From assembly GCA_907165135.1 (NCBI GenBank), contig OU015569.1, positions 1,550,001 to 1,614,000 of the forward strand: DNA of 64,000 bases, written 5' to 3'. Under the pieces are notes generated by a model. The model saw nothing but the letters and a program-made list of their open reading frames with translations. It had not been told where the DNA came from and did no database searches. Position 1 is the first letter of the stretch; each line of letters starts with the position of its first letter. Of the stretch, positions 1 through 12,900 are shown in pieces. Origin of the DNA: Oikopleura dioica (lineage: Eukaryota; Animalia; Chordata). Made by a program: the position numbers and the translations under genes.

Positions 1-2419
1 GTTAAGAATGAAGAATTCATCAATGAGCCCCGACTGTGGGACGAGGAATGGTTCTGAGACGCGAAGTTATTCCTAGAAAGAAAACTTATAAAGAGACAGC
101 TTCAGAACTCAAACAGGTTAGAATACTGCTTGAATCTGATACAGATTCCAACAGGACAGCCGTGAATATATTTCGCAGCGAAGTAATCACTGCTCTCGGG
201 CCAACGAATTTCCGCGAATTGATCATCGAATTCATCAACATCTACAAGCAAGAAATTGAGCTGCACATCGAGCTCCTTCTTAAGATTCTAAAGAAGTATC
301 CAGATTACATCAAACCAGTTGGGCCAAATGTTTGCGACAAGCTTTTCATGGGCGAGAAGCACGACGCTGGAGAGGACCCAGATTTGACGCCGCTAAATAG
401 GAAACGACACTTGGCTGTAAATACTGTTTTCCCAGTGCTATTTGAATCCGGCAAGTTGGACGCTGTGCAGGCAAAGACTTTGTATAAATGGTTCCAAAAG
501 AGTCTTGAATATACAGTTTGGTACGTCTCTACGACTAAGCGCCCCAGTGATCTGCCAATGATTGAGTAAGTTCAAGCCGTTAACTTATGAACCCATTAAA
601 TATTTTGTTAAAGAGGAGATGCATGGGAGAAACTGCGAAAGATCAGATTGCATATTGGTAAACACGCAGGTTGGGAAGCCGAGCCCTCCCTTCCTTGTCA
701 ACCAGCGCAAGCTTTGTGGCAAATGGTCAAATGGCTGAAGTCGATCTACCTCCCTTTCAACTACAACTCGCGCAGGCCCCCGCCGAATTTAAACGCCATT
801 CGCAAGCAGACATTTTACACTGCGGTTAACGTCTACCTCGAAGCAGCAGTGCGCTACATGGCCATTTCCGAACCTGCCTTGATCAGGAATCTATCGGGCA
901 AAAAAACCTACAGTCAATTCCCTATCTACGGCATGATTATTGATGCTGCGGATAAACCAAAAGGAAAATACTTTGACAAAAATTGTAAGTCAACCATTTT
1001 CCTGAAACAAAAAAACTAAATAAATATAGTCGAGGACATGTGCGAGCGTCAGCAATTCTTTACCGCTTCGATCGCCGCCAAGAAGATTTTGACCGACGAC
1101 GATATTTTCGCCGAAGATTTGCAAAAGCTGCAACGGGCGCTGAAATTCAACAAATGGCACTGGCTCGAAGCGTTTCACATTGATTGCTCGTTCAAAGACG
1201 GGGATTTCGACCATGCGATTTTTCGGCTCTCGCATTTGATAAAGGTCAGTTGCGGAATAATTGGCTAACTATTACGATATTTTTGTTTCAGGCTGAAAAT
1301 TGGCAATCTCCGCTGTTATACAGATGGCGAGTTCAACTAGGCTCCTGTTATTATGAGCTGAAGAAGATCAGGACGTCTGTAACATATCTTTACGATGCGA
1401 TGATGCAAGAGCAAGAAGACGCCTTCGACACGGAAATCGACGGGGAATACATTCTCTCAAATCAAATGGGAGAAATCGAATGGGTTCGAGGAGTACACTG
1501 CGACGTCCTCATCATAGGTGGGCAATAATTAAGGAGTACTTTTGAATTACGCTCTATTTCGTAGCAATTCATGCGATTCTTAATGCTACTGCAGTGCTAC
1601 TCGACCGAGCAAACGCCGCTAATGCACCACACCCGAGACAAATGCAAATCGTCGGATGGATGCTAGTACTGAGCCAGTACGAGTGGCCCCGCTTCTTCGA
1701 GACGACAAAGTACGCTATCGAGAAAATCAAGAGCGAAGGAAGCTTTACGTATCCAAACATGCTCGATTTCATTTACGAAGGAGGAGTCATCGAGGAACTC
1801 GCCTGGCTGCTCAATCAGGTAATTTTGCAAACAAACAAAAAAAGACACGAGTTTTTGGAAGGTCAGTTGAATTCAGTTATTCTTTTGATTCCTTCCAAAA
1901 AACCAGAATTTTATGTGAAAAATTGATTTTATTCAGGGCAGTTCAAGCTCGGTGAAATGGGCTTCTGCTAGCCGTATCACTTTCCCATTTCCTTTTAGGA
2001 ATCCAGGGAATTGCTTAACATACTGTGTCCATTGCCAATTTTTTGGCTTCTTGTCGAGCTAAAATTACAGAATTACTCAAGAATCTTAATTAAAAAAATA
2101 TTCTGGTATGATTAAAATTACCTGAAATATGACGGTTTCGGACCCTCCTTTCCCCTCACTGGCGAAGGAGACTGATGACTAAAACTGAAAAAATAAAGTT
2201 GGGATCTCGTGTTCTAGAAATCAACACGTGATTTTACCGATTTCATGGAATTTTTAGGATGTGCCGCTGAATATATCGAACGCAAATGAGCCCAGGGAGC
2301 TACGCGAGCAGCTTATCAAGGCGGTGCGTTCAACGATCTCCCCTTCTATCTGTATTCGTAATTTCCTTATCATAACAAAGGAAGAGATCCTCTCCGAAAT
2401 GGAGCTGCCCAACCGTTAA
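1..2419 (+). CDS. INTS10: Integrator complex subunit 10, multi-exon, 5' end outside window
   Basis: Exon peptides resemble INTS10 segments: LTPLNRKRHLAVNTVFPVL..LYKWFQKSLEY, DAWEKLRKIRLHIG and VGWMLVLSQYEWP..IKSEGSFTYPNMLDFIYEGGVIEELAWL. Last exon is 2258-2419 (ends TAA), after intron 1820-2257. Confidence 0.75.
1830..2235 (-). repeat. Dispersed repeat family copy A1 (fills the last INTS10 intron, antisense)
   Basis: On its own strand: TCTAGAACACG...GTCCGAA...AG|GTAA...CCTGAATAAAATCAATTT. Shares further blocks with 3960-4430. Confidence 0.7.
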
Positions 2420-2547
2420 TCTTTCTACTTTCAATTACCCTCTCAACGCTGCGCTCATCGTCGACCTGCTAAAATCTTCAAGGATAAAACAAATTGAAAA
2501 GAAAAGTAACAACTCTCTTCATTTTCACTTTTCAGATCGAGATCGAA

Positions 2548-5500
2548 ATGCGCCGCAATAGCCGTATTTTATTGCTATTTGGCATAATATGGTTCAGTGG
2601 TGTATATTTATATGTTAGAAATTCCGACAACTCAAGCGGTGTGTACAAGGCGGAAAGTAATCCAAGGCATGGGAATAGAGTAAGCAAGGATGCCTCTGAA
2701 AAACGTAAGAGTTTGGAATTGAAATCAAGGAAGAGTATCAATTCTTTAGATCATAAAAAGAAAAGCACAAGCCAAAAAGCCCGCTGCACAACGAAAATGA
2801 CAAGATTGACGCTGAAAAACTAGAACACGACATTGAAGATATCGAGCATGGCATCGAAGATCTCAAGAATGATGGCAAGAAAGACGAGTTTGCTGAAATT
2901 GAAGACAGCATAAGGCATGATCTGGAAGGCGGAAAGGATCAAGACTACGGCGACATGGAAGGCATTTCGGATAATGCTGAAGATGGAGATGAAAGTGAAG
3001 GCGACGAGAGTAAGGCGCACGCTGACCCGACAGGAGATACCAAGATCAACAAAGAAATCGAAGAAGGCATCGAAAATGTTGAATTCGAGCAAGACGAGTT
3101 GCAAGGTCCACCGACTGAAAAGTCAGTCCAAGGTATGCGACGATTTTTGATTATTCAACTCCTATATTTCATTAGATGACGATGATGAGGATGATGAAAT
3201 GGAGGAGGACGAAGACGAGGAAGACGACGGCAAAGTAGATTGGTGGGATTTCGACGATGCGGCATACCTAGCTGCCGGCGCTCTAGGTCCAGACGACGAT
3301 CCTTACGAGGCGAACAAGTTCAACCAGGCTGCGTCTGATCGAATAAAAAGCGATCGGGCGGTTCCAGACACTCGCCACAAAGAATGCAGCAAGCAAAAGT
3401 TCCCAGTCAATGATCTGCCCGATACTACTGTCATCATCACATATCACAACGAAGCTCACTCAACCCTCTTGCGAACGGTGATCTCGGTTCTTCACAGATC
3501 GCCTGCTCATCTGATCAAGGAAATTATCCTCGTAGACGATTTCTCCAAAAACCCGAACATTGGACCTCCATTGACGAAGATCAAAAAAGTCAAAGCGATT
3601 CGGAATCCAAAGCGAGAAGGGCTTATCCGATCACGAGTTCGTGGAGCCGCTATCGCAACTGGCAAAGTTCTGACTTTCTTGGACTCGCACGTGGAAGCAA
3701 ATGAAGGCTGGTTGGAACCCCTTTTGGGAAGAATTCACGAATCCAGAACGGCTGTCGTTTCCCCGGTGAGTTTTAATTGAAATCAAGAAGAATATTTTAC
3801 CGCAAATTTCGTTTTGAAAGCAAAGAACGAATTTTCATTTAACGGCCTTACTCAAAGAATTCGCCAACTAGCCAAATAAGCTCACTATAACATCCCTAAA
3901 TATTTGACCGAGAACTGACGATAACCGCACTATATATAGCATCTCTAAATTCTGATTCTGAACCTGCAAGAAAACATAAATACAACACACTTTGGAAAGT
4001 CTTGTTTTTGAAAGGACATGACCAAAGTTTTAAGTTCGTACAGTAAATTGATTTTATTCAGGTAATTTTGAGCTCAAACTCGGCTTTTGCTAACCGTATC
4101 ACTTTCCCCGTTCCTCTTGGAACTCGCACTTTTGTTCTTCCCTCTTAGGACGGCTTTGAATTCAAGCTCGCTTGCAGGGAATTTCTTCAAGCTCTCTAAT
4201 TCGAGAGTTCATTTTCGCTCTCTTCTTCACTAAACCAACAAAATTAGTTTAGCATCACTTGTAAATCGGAATTTTTCAACAAAAAATCATTAATTACCTG
4301 TGTATTTGGCGGCTTCGGACCCTCCTTTCTCCAAACTGGACCGAAGGAGACTGACGAAAAAAGTGAAAAACATTGTAGGTCCCATCTAAGGGATCCATGT
4401 TCTAGAGAATCGTGTCACGTGATTTTCATGTTTTTGAGTTTCACTTTTCTCGAAAACTTGATTTTTTTCTAATTTCTTTTGTTAGATCATTGATGTCATC
4501 GGAATGGACGATTTCCACTACGTCGGAGCTTCTGCTGACTTGAAAGGAGGTTTCAATTGGGATCTTGTTTTCAAGTGGGACTACATGAGCGAGCAAGAAC
4601 GACGCGAGCGACGAAAAGCACCGACCAGTCCCATTCGAACTCCGATGATTGCTGGCGGTCTATTCAGCATCGGTATCTGACAACTAGTTTTTATCCGATA
4701 ATTAATTTCTTCAGAGAAAAATTGGTTCCATGAGCTGGGCGAGTATGACATGGACATGGACGTTTGGGGCGGCGAGAATCTTGAAATTTCATTCCGCGTT
4801 TGGCAATGCCACGGCACACTAGAAATCATTCCTTGCTCCCGAGTCGGCCATGTTTTCAGGAAAAAGCATCCATACACATTCCCTGGAGGATCCGGCAATG
4901 TGTTTGCCAAGAATACAAGACGCGCGGCTGAAGTCTGGATGGACGAGTACAAAGGTATGAGATCGAATATGCTGGTTGAAATCAAGGAAGAATGTCTTGG
5001 TAGTGGCTCAGAGTCCAATCTTTTTTCCTTCAATTTTTTAAAACTATTCTTGGTTTTTAAGAATTCTACTTTGCCGCGGTTCCAAGCGCAAAGATGGTCA
5101 AGTTTGGCGACATTTCGAAAAGAACGGAGATCCGAGAAAAGTAAATTTGATTACGTTTATTTATGGATAGTGACTTTTATATCTAAGGCTTCAATGCAAA
5201 TCGTTTTCGTGGTTCCTGGAGAACGTCTACCCGGAGCTGCGAATTCCAAATAAGGACGCAATCGGGTGGGGTGCTGTCAGCCAGAAAAACAAGGGGCTCG
5301 AGGAGTGCATAGGCACGGATTTAATTAAACAAATTTCTCCGATAATGTCGATATTGCTTCGCAACAGAAATTGAGTAAAGAGAATATCGAGCAGCGATAT
5401 TCGTTATCCGAGAATTTGTCCGTTTCAAAGATGTTCAATCCGGCCAAAAAGACACGCTTGGAAATACACATGGCGGCGGCACAATTGGAATGTACAGGTG

Positions 5501-5886
5501 CCACGGCGACGGGGGCAATCAAGAGTTTACGTTGACCAAAGAGGGCAAGGAGTTTAGACACATGGATCTATGCATTGGCTACAATGCCAAAGGTAAGGGC
5601 AATTCGAAATTTCTAATTATCAAAGCAAGAGGCTAAGAGAAAGCAATCGCTTATTCGATTTGTAATGAGCGTGAATTCAGAGCCCGTCGGGAACCCTGTC
5701 AAATTTAACACGTGTCACCAAATGAGCCACCAGCGCTGGGAATACTTCGGAAGCCAAATAAAGCCCGAGGGACACACCAATCTGTGCCTGGACTCGAAGA
5801 ACCACTTGGAGAAGGGGCTCACGCTCGAGGTGTGCAACCACTCAAGGACGCAGGTTTTCTCGTTTGAAATGAGAAACATCAAGTAG
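2548..5886 (+). CDS. GALNT2: Polypeptide N-acetylgalactosaminyltransferase (GalNAc-T2-like), multi-exon
   Basis: N-terminal TM segment and acidic stem, then [37 protein letters not shown] (DXH motif), [15 protein letters not shown] and [31 protein letters not shown]. Ricin lectin exons follow; TAG ends at 5886. Confidence 0.9.
3960..4430 (-). repeat. Dispersed repeat family copy A2 (in GALNT intron 3767-4485, antisense)
   Basis: Same ordered motifs at 4399-4406, ~4315 and 4045-4062. Confidence 0.7.
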
Positions 5887-6423
5887 ACAAAAAAATGTCA
5901 GTCGAAGAAAACGACGAAGACGAACAACCGCAAAGTGTAAAAAAAAAACAATTACTCGCTCATGGATCTTAGCGCACATTCAAAGCTTATCAACTTATTA
6001 GCTCATGATCTTCAGCCTTAAATTAACTCAACCCGAGTGCCGACATTTTCGCTAAAAACACGCAAAGCTTAATCTTGTAAATGTCACAAAGTCTTAAGTT
6101 TGTGGCGCGTTTAATCTTTATTTTTTTCTCCTTTTCGTGGCCTAGTTGAGATTTCCATTGTTCAAAGTTTTTAAATGAGATGTTGCTTCATATTTTCTGT
6201 CAAAACCAGTTTTTTCCCAAAAAACAACCTCCTATCCACATTATTATTTTTATCGACTTTTCTACTGCTGATACTTAGATTTTTCTTCTATTCTTTATTC
6301 TTCTATTCACTGTACCTTTTTATTGCTTTCTGCCACGGGCGTAGACTCGGTGCTGTATTTTCTGGGAACGTTGCAAATATTATTAAATCATTCAGTCTCA
6401 ACCTTTTCTTTCTTTTCTTAGCA

Positions 6424-8747
6424 ATGTCGGACATTCGGAAGCGAAAATCAGCTCAGGCCAGTTCTAAAGACAGCGCCAACGGAGCCAAATCGTCCGCTCC
6501 CGCTGCAGCGAGCTCAAGCTGGCTTGTGAAAATCTTGATTTTTGCAGCAATCGGAGTTTCATTTGTCCTCTTTGCTCCTGTCGAAATCACTGTTTCTTAT
6601 AAGACGCCTCTCATTCTCCAGCACTTCCAAAGCCAAGAATCCGCTTCCAGTCCGACGCAGTTCAAATCTCAGCCAGCTTCCGAGGAAGTTCATTCTCCTC
6701 AAAGCTCGTCAGAACCCGAAGTCGCTGAAGCTCAAAAAGAGCCATATCCAGTGCCAGAATTTGTTCCAACAGATTTCGTACCACTAAACGGCGAAGAAGA
6801 GAAATCCTTCGATCTTTACAAAGCAGCACGAACAGTCAGTCCCGAGGACGTCTACGTCGATCCCAATAGCCAGCCTTGGCACAAGTTCGACATCAAAAGC
6901 TACATCGACGAGGGGAGAATCAAGAACAAGAAAGATGCCTATAAAACCGCCGCGTTTAATCAGCTCGTATCCGACGACGTCCCAATGGACCGAAATATTC
7001 CAGACACGCGGCTGGGAAGATGCAACACTGTCGAATGGCCACGAGAAGGTCTACCGACTACTTCCGTCATCATCACTTTCCACAATGAGCTTCGTTCGAC
7101 CCTTCTTCGAACCATCATTTCTGTCATCAGAAGAACACCGAGCAACATTCTCAAAGAAATCGTCCTCGTCGACGATGCTTCTTCTGACCCTCGCATCGGA
7201 ATGGAACTAATCAAAATTAACAAAGTGAAGCTTATTGTCAACCGAGAACGACAGGGCCTCATAAGGTGATTCTCAGTTTTAAAATATGTTCGTTTATCAT
7301 TCATCGTTAGAGCGCGAATCCGGGCAGCGATGATCGCCACTGGAGAGACCTTCACATTTCTCGATAGCCACGTAGAAGTCAATCAAGAGTGGATCCAGCC
7401 TCTGATGCTTAGAATTAAAGAAAATCCAAAAATGGTCGTTGCTCCAATTATCGATGTCATCAATAAAGTAACGCTAATTACTTCTGGAAAAGAAATGAAA
7501 CATGAAATTAGGACAATTTCCAATACATCGGCGCAGACGCTTTCCTGACTGGCGGCGTCAGCTGGGCAATGGTATTCCGATGGGACTGGCTGACTCGATC
7601 CGAGATGGAATCAATGGATCATACAGTTGGACTCAAAAGTCCAACGATCGCCGGCGGACTCTTCTCAGTTGGTATGTTTATTCATTTTTTTCTTCTGTTC
7701 AGCTGATAATTAAGGTAAGGCTTGGTTCCACGAACTTGGTGAGTATGATGATCAAATGGATATCTGGGGCGGAGAGAACATTGAGTTTTCCTTCCGAGTC
7801 TGGCAGTGTGGCGGAGAAATGGAAATTCTTCCCTGCTCAAGGGTAGGAATTAACAGCTGTATATTGTTTTTAATTACTTAGGTCGGCCATGTTTTCCGCG
7901 ACGACCACCCTTACGACTTTGGCAAGAAGGGATCTAACCACGTCTTCGTGAAGAACAACAATCGCTTCGTGCACACCTGGATGGACGAGTACTCAAGTAC
8001 GCTTTATTAATGAATAGGCAGATCAACTCAATCATCATTTAGCGTTTTATTACGGAACAAGGCCAAACGCCAGATCAATCTTGCCAGGAGATCTGTCCGT
8101 CCGAAAGCACTTCAAGCAAAAGCTCCAATGCAAGGGTTTCAAATGGTACATGGAAAATGTGTATCCAAGACAACACATGCCCGAGAGAAACTCGATCGCG
8201 TGGGGACATGCCAAGCGTGGCGAACATTGCCTTACTGGTACACTCTTATATCGGAAGCGCTCTTTATCAACCGTTTTTTTTTTTGAAGTTTTTAACTTGT
8301 CGAAGCCAGTGGAAGGAGTCTACGGCCAGCTTGGCGGAGGCAACTGCAACCAAGGACTCTACAATCCAAACTTCCAAGACATGGACAAACAGAGCCTGGT
8401 TCTGAAGAAAGATTCTGGCCTCTTTCAACAGCCGACAAAGATTCTTGTTGATGGTCAAGAAGTATACGAGAACAAGTGCTTTGGAACTATCGAAAAACCT
8501 CCTAAAGGTAGATCATTTGTCTGGCCAGTTTTCATTAAAACAATCTTCAGACGGATCAAAAGTCGTCCTGGCAGACTGTGCGGAGGAGGATAACGATCAC
8601 CAGCGTTGGGTGTATCACAACGTCAATTTGAAATTGGACGCTTATCAGCACTTGTGTCTAGACGCATTCCAGCTCGGCACGTTCAGACTTAAAAAGTGTG
8701 CTAACAAAGACTCGCAGCAGTTCCTCTTCGAAATGCTGCATATTTAA
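6424..8747 (+). CDS. Second polypeptide GalNAc-transferase (tandem paralog, divergent lectin domain)
   Basis: [19 protein letters not shown], then [53 protein letters not shown] and a ricin-like C-terminus. ATG at 6424 follows a TTAG acceptor. Confidence 0.85.
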
Positions 8748-9049
8748 TTCCTTCGAGTTTCACTCTCTTTTTATTCATCTTCTAGTGCAATATCTTTTTT
8801 ATACTTTTGCAATTTTAAACATTGCCTTCTTTTTAATAAAGCTGTATTCTTTGATTTCCCAAATGCTACCGGTACACACCGAATCTGTTGCCTTATTTAA
8901 ATGATAAATAAAAATCTAGTTAAATTGCCTGCTTCTTTCTATTTCACCATCTTCGAGATTCTGTGCTCCGAAACAAGATTAGTTCACTTCTGTTCCTCGA
9001 AAATACACTTCAGTTAAATCAAACAAAAATTGACAGAAATTCAATTAAG

Positions 9050-9792
9050 ATGGCTTCTCTCGCCAGTCGCGTTTCCATAGTTCAGGGAGACATCACAAAA
9101 CTGCGCTGCGACGCGATTGTTAATGCTGCCAACAGGTCCCTCCTCGGAGGTGGAGGAGTAGACGGTGCAATTCATCGAGCCGCTGGGAGGAAACTGTTGG
9201 AAGAATGTAGAACGCTGAAGGGTTGCGAAACTGGCCAAGCGAAGATAACCAAAGGCTACAACCTGCCAGGTTTGTAATCCTTCAAGTCAATTTATTAACA
9301 GCCTTTATAGCTAAACATGTGATACACACCGTCGGACCAAACGTCTACAGAGGAGAAAACAAAGAACTGCTCCGAGACGCGTACCAAAACTCGCTCAACG
9401 TCGCCATCGAAAACAAACTAAAATCAATCGCATTCCCTTGCATATCCACTGGCATCTACGGCTATCCACAAGAGGATGCCGCCCATGTAGCGTTAAATGT
9501 GACGAAGAAAACGCTCGAGGAAAACGAAGTGCTCGAACAGGTCATCTTCTGCGTCTTTCTCGACAGCGACAGAAAGATTTACGAAGAGCTCAAGCCAAAG
9601 TACTTTCCGGAAGCGGAGAAGTCCGCAGAAGGAAAAAAGGAAGAAAACGGATCTTCGGAGTCCGATTTACTCAATCTTCCAGACGTGCCTTCAGAGGAGC
9701 CAGTACCGAAGTTGGCCAAAATCGAGCCGGAAAAAGAGGCAGCCGAAACTCCTGACGAGCAAAAAATAAAAGAAGAAAAATCTGAGTTATAA
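9050..9792 (+). CDS. MACROD: Macro-domain ADP-ribose glycohydrolase (MacroD1/2-like), two exons, acidic tail
   Basis: [34 protein letters not shown] and [13 protein letters not shown] signatures; one short intron near 9271-9311. Confidence 0.9.
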
Positions 9793-9932
9793 TTTATCGG
9801 CAATACATGTTCAACTTTAATTCCTTCAAAAAAAAAAGACATTATTAAAAAACGCAACGATTTTCTTGTTAAGAATGCTTATTTAAAAATCTGTTAGCAA
9901 GAGCTGATGCGTAAAAATTCGTTCGGATAGTT

Positions 9933-12900
9933 ATGGCAGCTAGAAAGTACCGATTAAATTGGAATGCTGGCTTCATTCATGCGACAAAGGTTTCTTTCCG
10001 TTTTCGCTCCTTTTTGTTTTATATAATTTTTTATTAACGGGTTATTTATAGCGCGGGTGCTCGTTTGGTCTCCGCATTTCAAACGAAAATGTAGAGCTTG
10101 ATGAATCACAAGTCCAACAATCCGGAGGAGGAATCGATGTTGTGGCAATTGCTGGTGTTATTCGCGCGAGCGGAGAGGAAAACTGCAACTGTCTTGGAGC
10201 CGTGACACGAGCCTCTGTAGTCGGCAAAGTCGGATCGACTGACATTCTTAAAATCAACGAATTCAAGGTAAATGAGACGACCGTCTTTTTTGGAATAAAT
10301 TCTAGGACCCTTGCCCTCGATTTGACAATTCATAGAACATTCTAGTTTGTGCGAATAAACGCGCCAGAAAAAGAAGTTGCTTCAAAACAACTCAACGACC
10401 TAGCAAAACTACTCGGAGAAGGCGAATACTACTTTAGCATCAATCAAAGCGACGAGCGCCCGTTTGACATCACAACTTCATTCCAGAATCAACTCTCTGG
10501 AAGTGAAGGCAATTCTGAGTACTTCTGGAACAGGGTAAATAGTCTTGGAATTTTACTTCTCCATCAACGATTGCTAGAGTTTGTGGGCGCATTTCGCGCC
10601 GCTAGAAGAGCAAATAAAAGCTAGCTGGTTGATAAGGATAACATGTGGCTACATCAATTTCAAAAAATGTTATGCTGGAGCAAGACAAATCCACGTGGGG
10701 CTCATTTCGAGACTTTCCACTGGCCGCGTTGGAACTCGATTCATGACCAGGTTAGCTCTGAAAGTGTTGGTCTTTCGCTTACTTATGCTGTCAGAGGAAT
10801 CGACGATAGTGGCTATGTTGCAAATTATGTTGAATCGGAAACAATCGTGATCGAAGGAGAAAACATTCTAGCGCATCTTCAAATACGCGGATCCGTACCA
10901 ACCTTCTGGGAACAGCCAGGAATAAATTTTGGCCAACACAAATGCAACATTGTGCGAAACCTTGAAGGCTCATACCCAGCCAGTCTCAAGCATTTCTCGC
11001 GAATTCTCGAGTCGTTTTCTGTTTGTAGAATTGGTTGGTTAATTCAAGTGTAGAGCTTTTATATGCTATTTTTCTTAGTTAACTTGCTGGGAAAAGGCGA
11101 GGGAGAAGATAAAGTCTCATCTGCTTTTGCTGAAGTTATAACTAAAGCACAAAACCAGGTACATTTTTATCTACGTCTCCTATAATTGCATAAATTTGAT
11201 TATTCAGGGTCTTCAATTGGAGTACACAGCAATCGATTACCACAAAGAAACACCAAAAGGCAAGAACTTGCACTCTGTCCTGATGGGTCACATCGGCGAA
11301 GCTCTCTCAAATCATCAGTTCTTGAATTTCACAAACGGAAGCTTTGTCTCTCAGCAAAGTGGCGTCGTTCGAACAAACTGTCTCGACTGTCTTGACCGGA
11401 CCAATGCCGTGCAAACAGTGATAGGTATCTTTGTTTCTTTTGAATGTTCAATCGTTCATGATGATGTTAAGCGTTGGAATGTCTTGGGAAGATTTTAACA
11501 GAAATGAACATCGATGGAAGTCAAGCATCGCGCTTCAACGAGACCATCAAATCGCTCTGGACAGAAAGTGGCAACGCGATTTCACACATGTACGCCGGTA
11601 CCGGCGCATTAGAATCTGGCTCAAAGCTACAAGATGCCACAAGATCTATCTCAAGAACAATCAAGAACAACACTGGCTCGGACGGTACTCTTCGTTGATT
11701 TTTATTTTCAAATCTTGAACTTGTTTTTAGAGAACAAGCAACGATTGATTGAGCGACTTCTCTATGGTGACCTTCCTATGACTCTTCGTGGACAGAAGAT
11801 TCTTTCTCTGCTCGGAAACGAAGCCGTTTCTTTGTCAAAAGAAATTTCTGAGAATATCTACTTCCGTCGCGACGAATTTGCAACAGAGTTGCCCATTCGT
11901 GTTTCTTGCTGCACTTGGAACGTCAATGGGGGCACCCGTTCGCCTAATTTGAACACCGATCTTGGCGAAGACAAGTTTGCCGACTGGTTGTTAGGAAAAG
12001 CTGATAGAAGACGAGCGGCGTACGATTTTACTGGCGAAGCAGAATCCGATCTTAGCTTTGTTGCAGGAGATATAATTACAGTCACAGGAACGAGTTCAAA
12101 TTGAATTTAATACCGCTTGAATCTAAGCCGGCTGATAGATAGTTTTGAGCTTGATGAAAGGAGAATTAGAAGGCGGCGAGTGGCTTCAAGGATCATGTGG
12201 AGATCGCCAAGGAATTTTCCCGGCCGCATTTGTAGAAGATATCCCGGAAGACACTTACATCGCGTCTTTCGACTATTGTTCTGAGGAGACCGGAGATCTG
12301 GCCTTCATGAAGGGCGAGAAAATTATCGTGATTGATAAGTCGAAGGGCGACTGGTGGGAAGGCGAGTCTTCAGATGGAAGACGAGGAATTTTTCCAGCTG
12401 CTTTCGTGGAGCTCGAAGACCCTCGTGGTCGGCCACCAGATGTTCTTGTCGTCGCGTTTCAAGAAATCGTCGACCTGACTCCTGATAATATTGCCAAAGC
12501 ACCGACAAAGAATATGGAAGTTTGGACGGAACTCCTTGAAAGCGCCCTGATCGAAAAAGGGCTCAACTACATCCACCTTCGCTCTGAACAATTAGTTGGT
12601 GCTGCGATTTGCGTTTGGGTACGCCAGCATCACATGGATCACATTCAAAATTTGTCTTTCACCAAAGTCAAGACTGGTATCAATGCCGGTGTGTACACTG
12701 GCGGCAATAAAGGTGCGCTATTGGTGAAATTCCAGCTGTACAACTCTTCAATGGCTTTCGTGTGTGCACATTTCGCCGCACATCAGAAGCAAATCGCCCA
12801 GCGAAATTCAGACATGCACGAGATTTACCAAAAAGGAATGTTCCAGCGAAGCTCGCCTTTGTCCGCTCAAGAGTGGCAATTCTGGCTCGGAGATTTGAAC

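Noticed and set aside
6175-6423. N-terminal extension of the second GALNT in the ORF track
   Set aside because: T-rich intergenic/3' UTR sequence. The likely start is ATG 6424, directly after an acceptor.
9656-9668. GAGTCCGATTT resembling part of a spliced-leader sequence
   Set aside because: It is a short match inside MacroD coding sequence, with no donor or Sm-site context.
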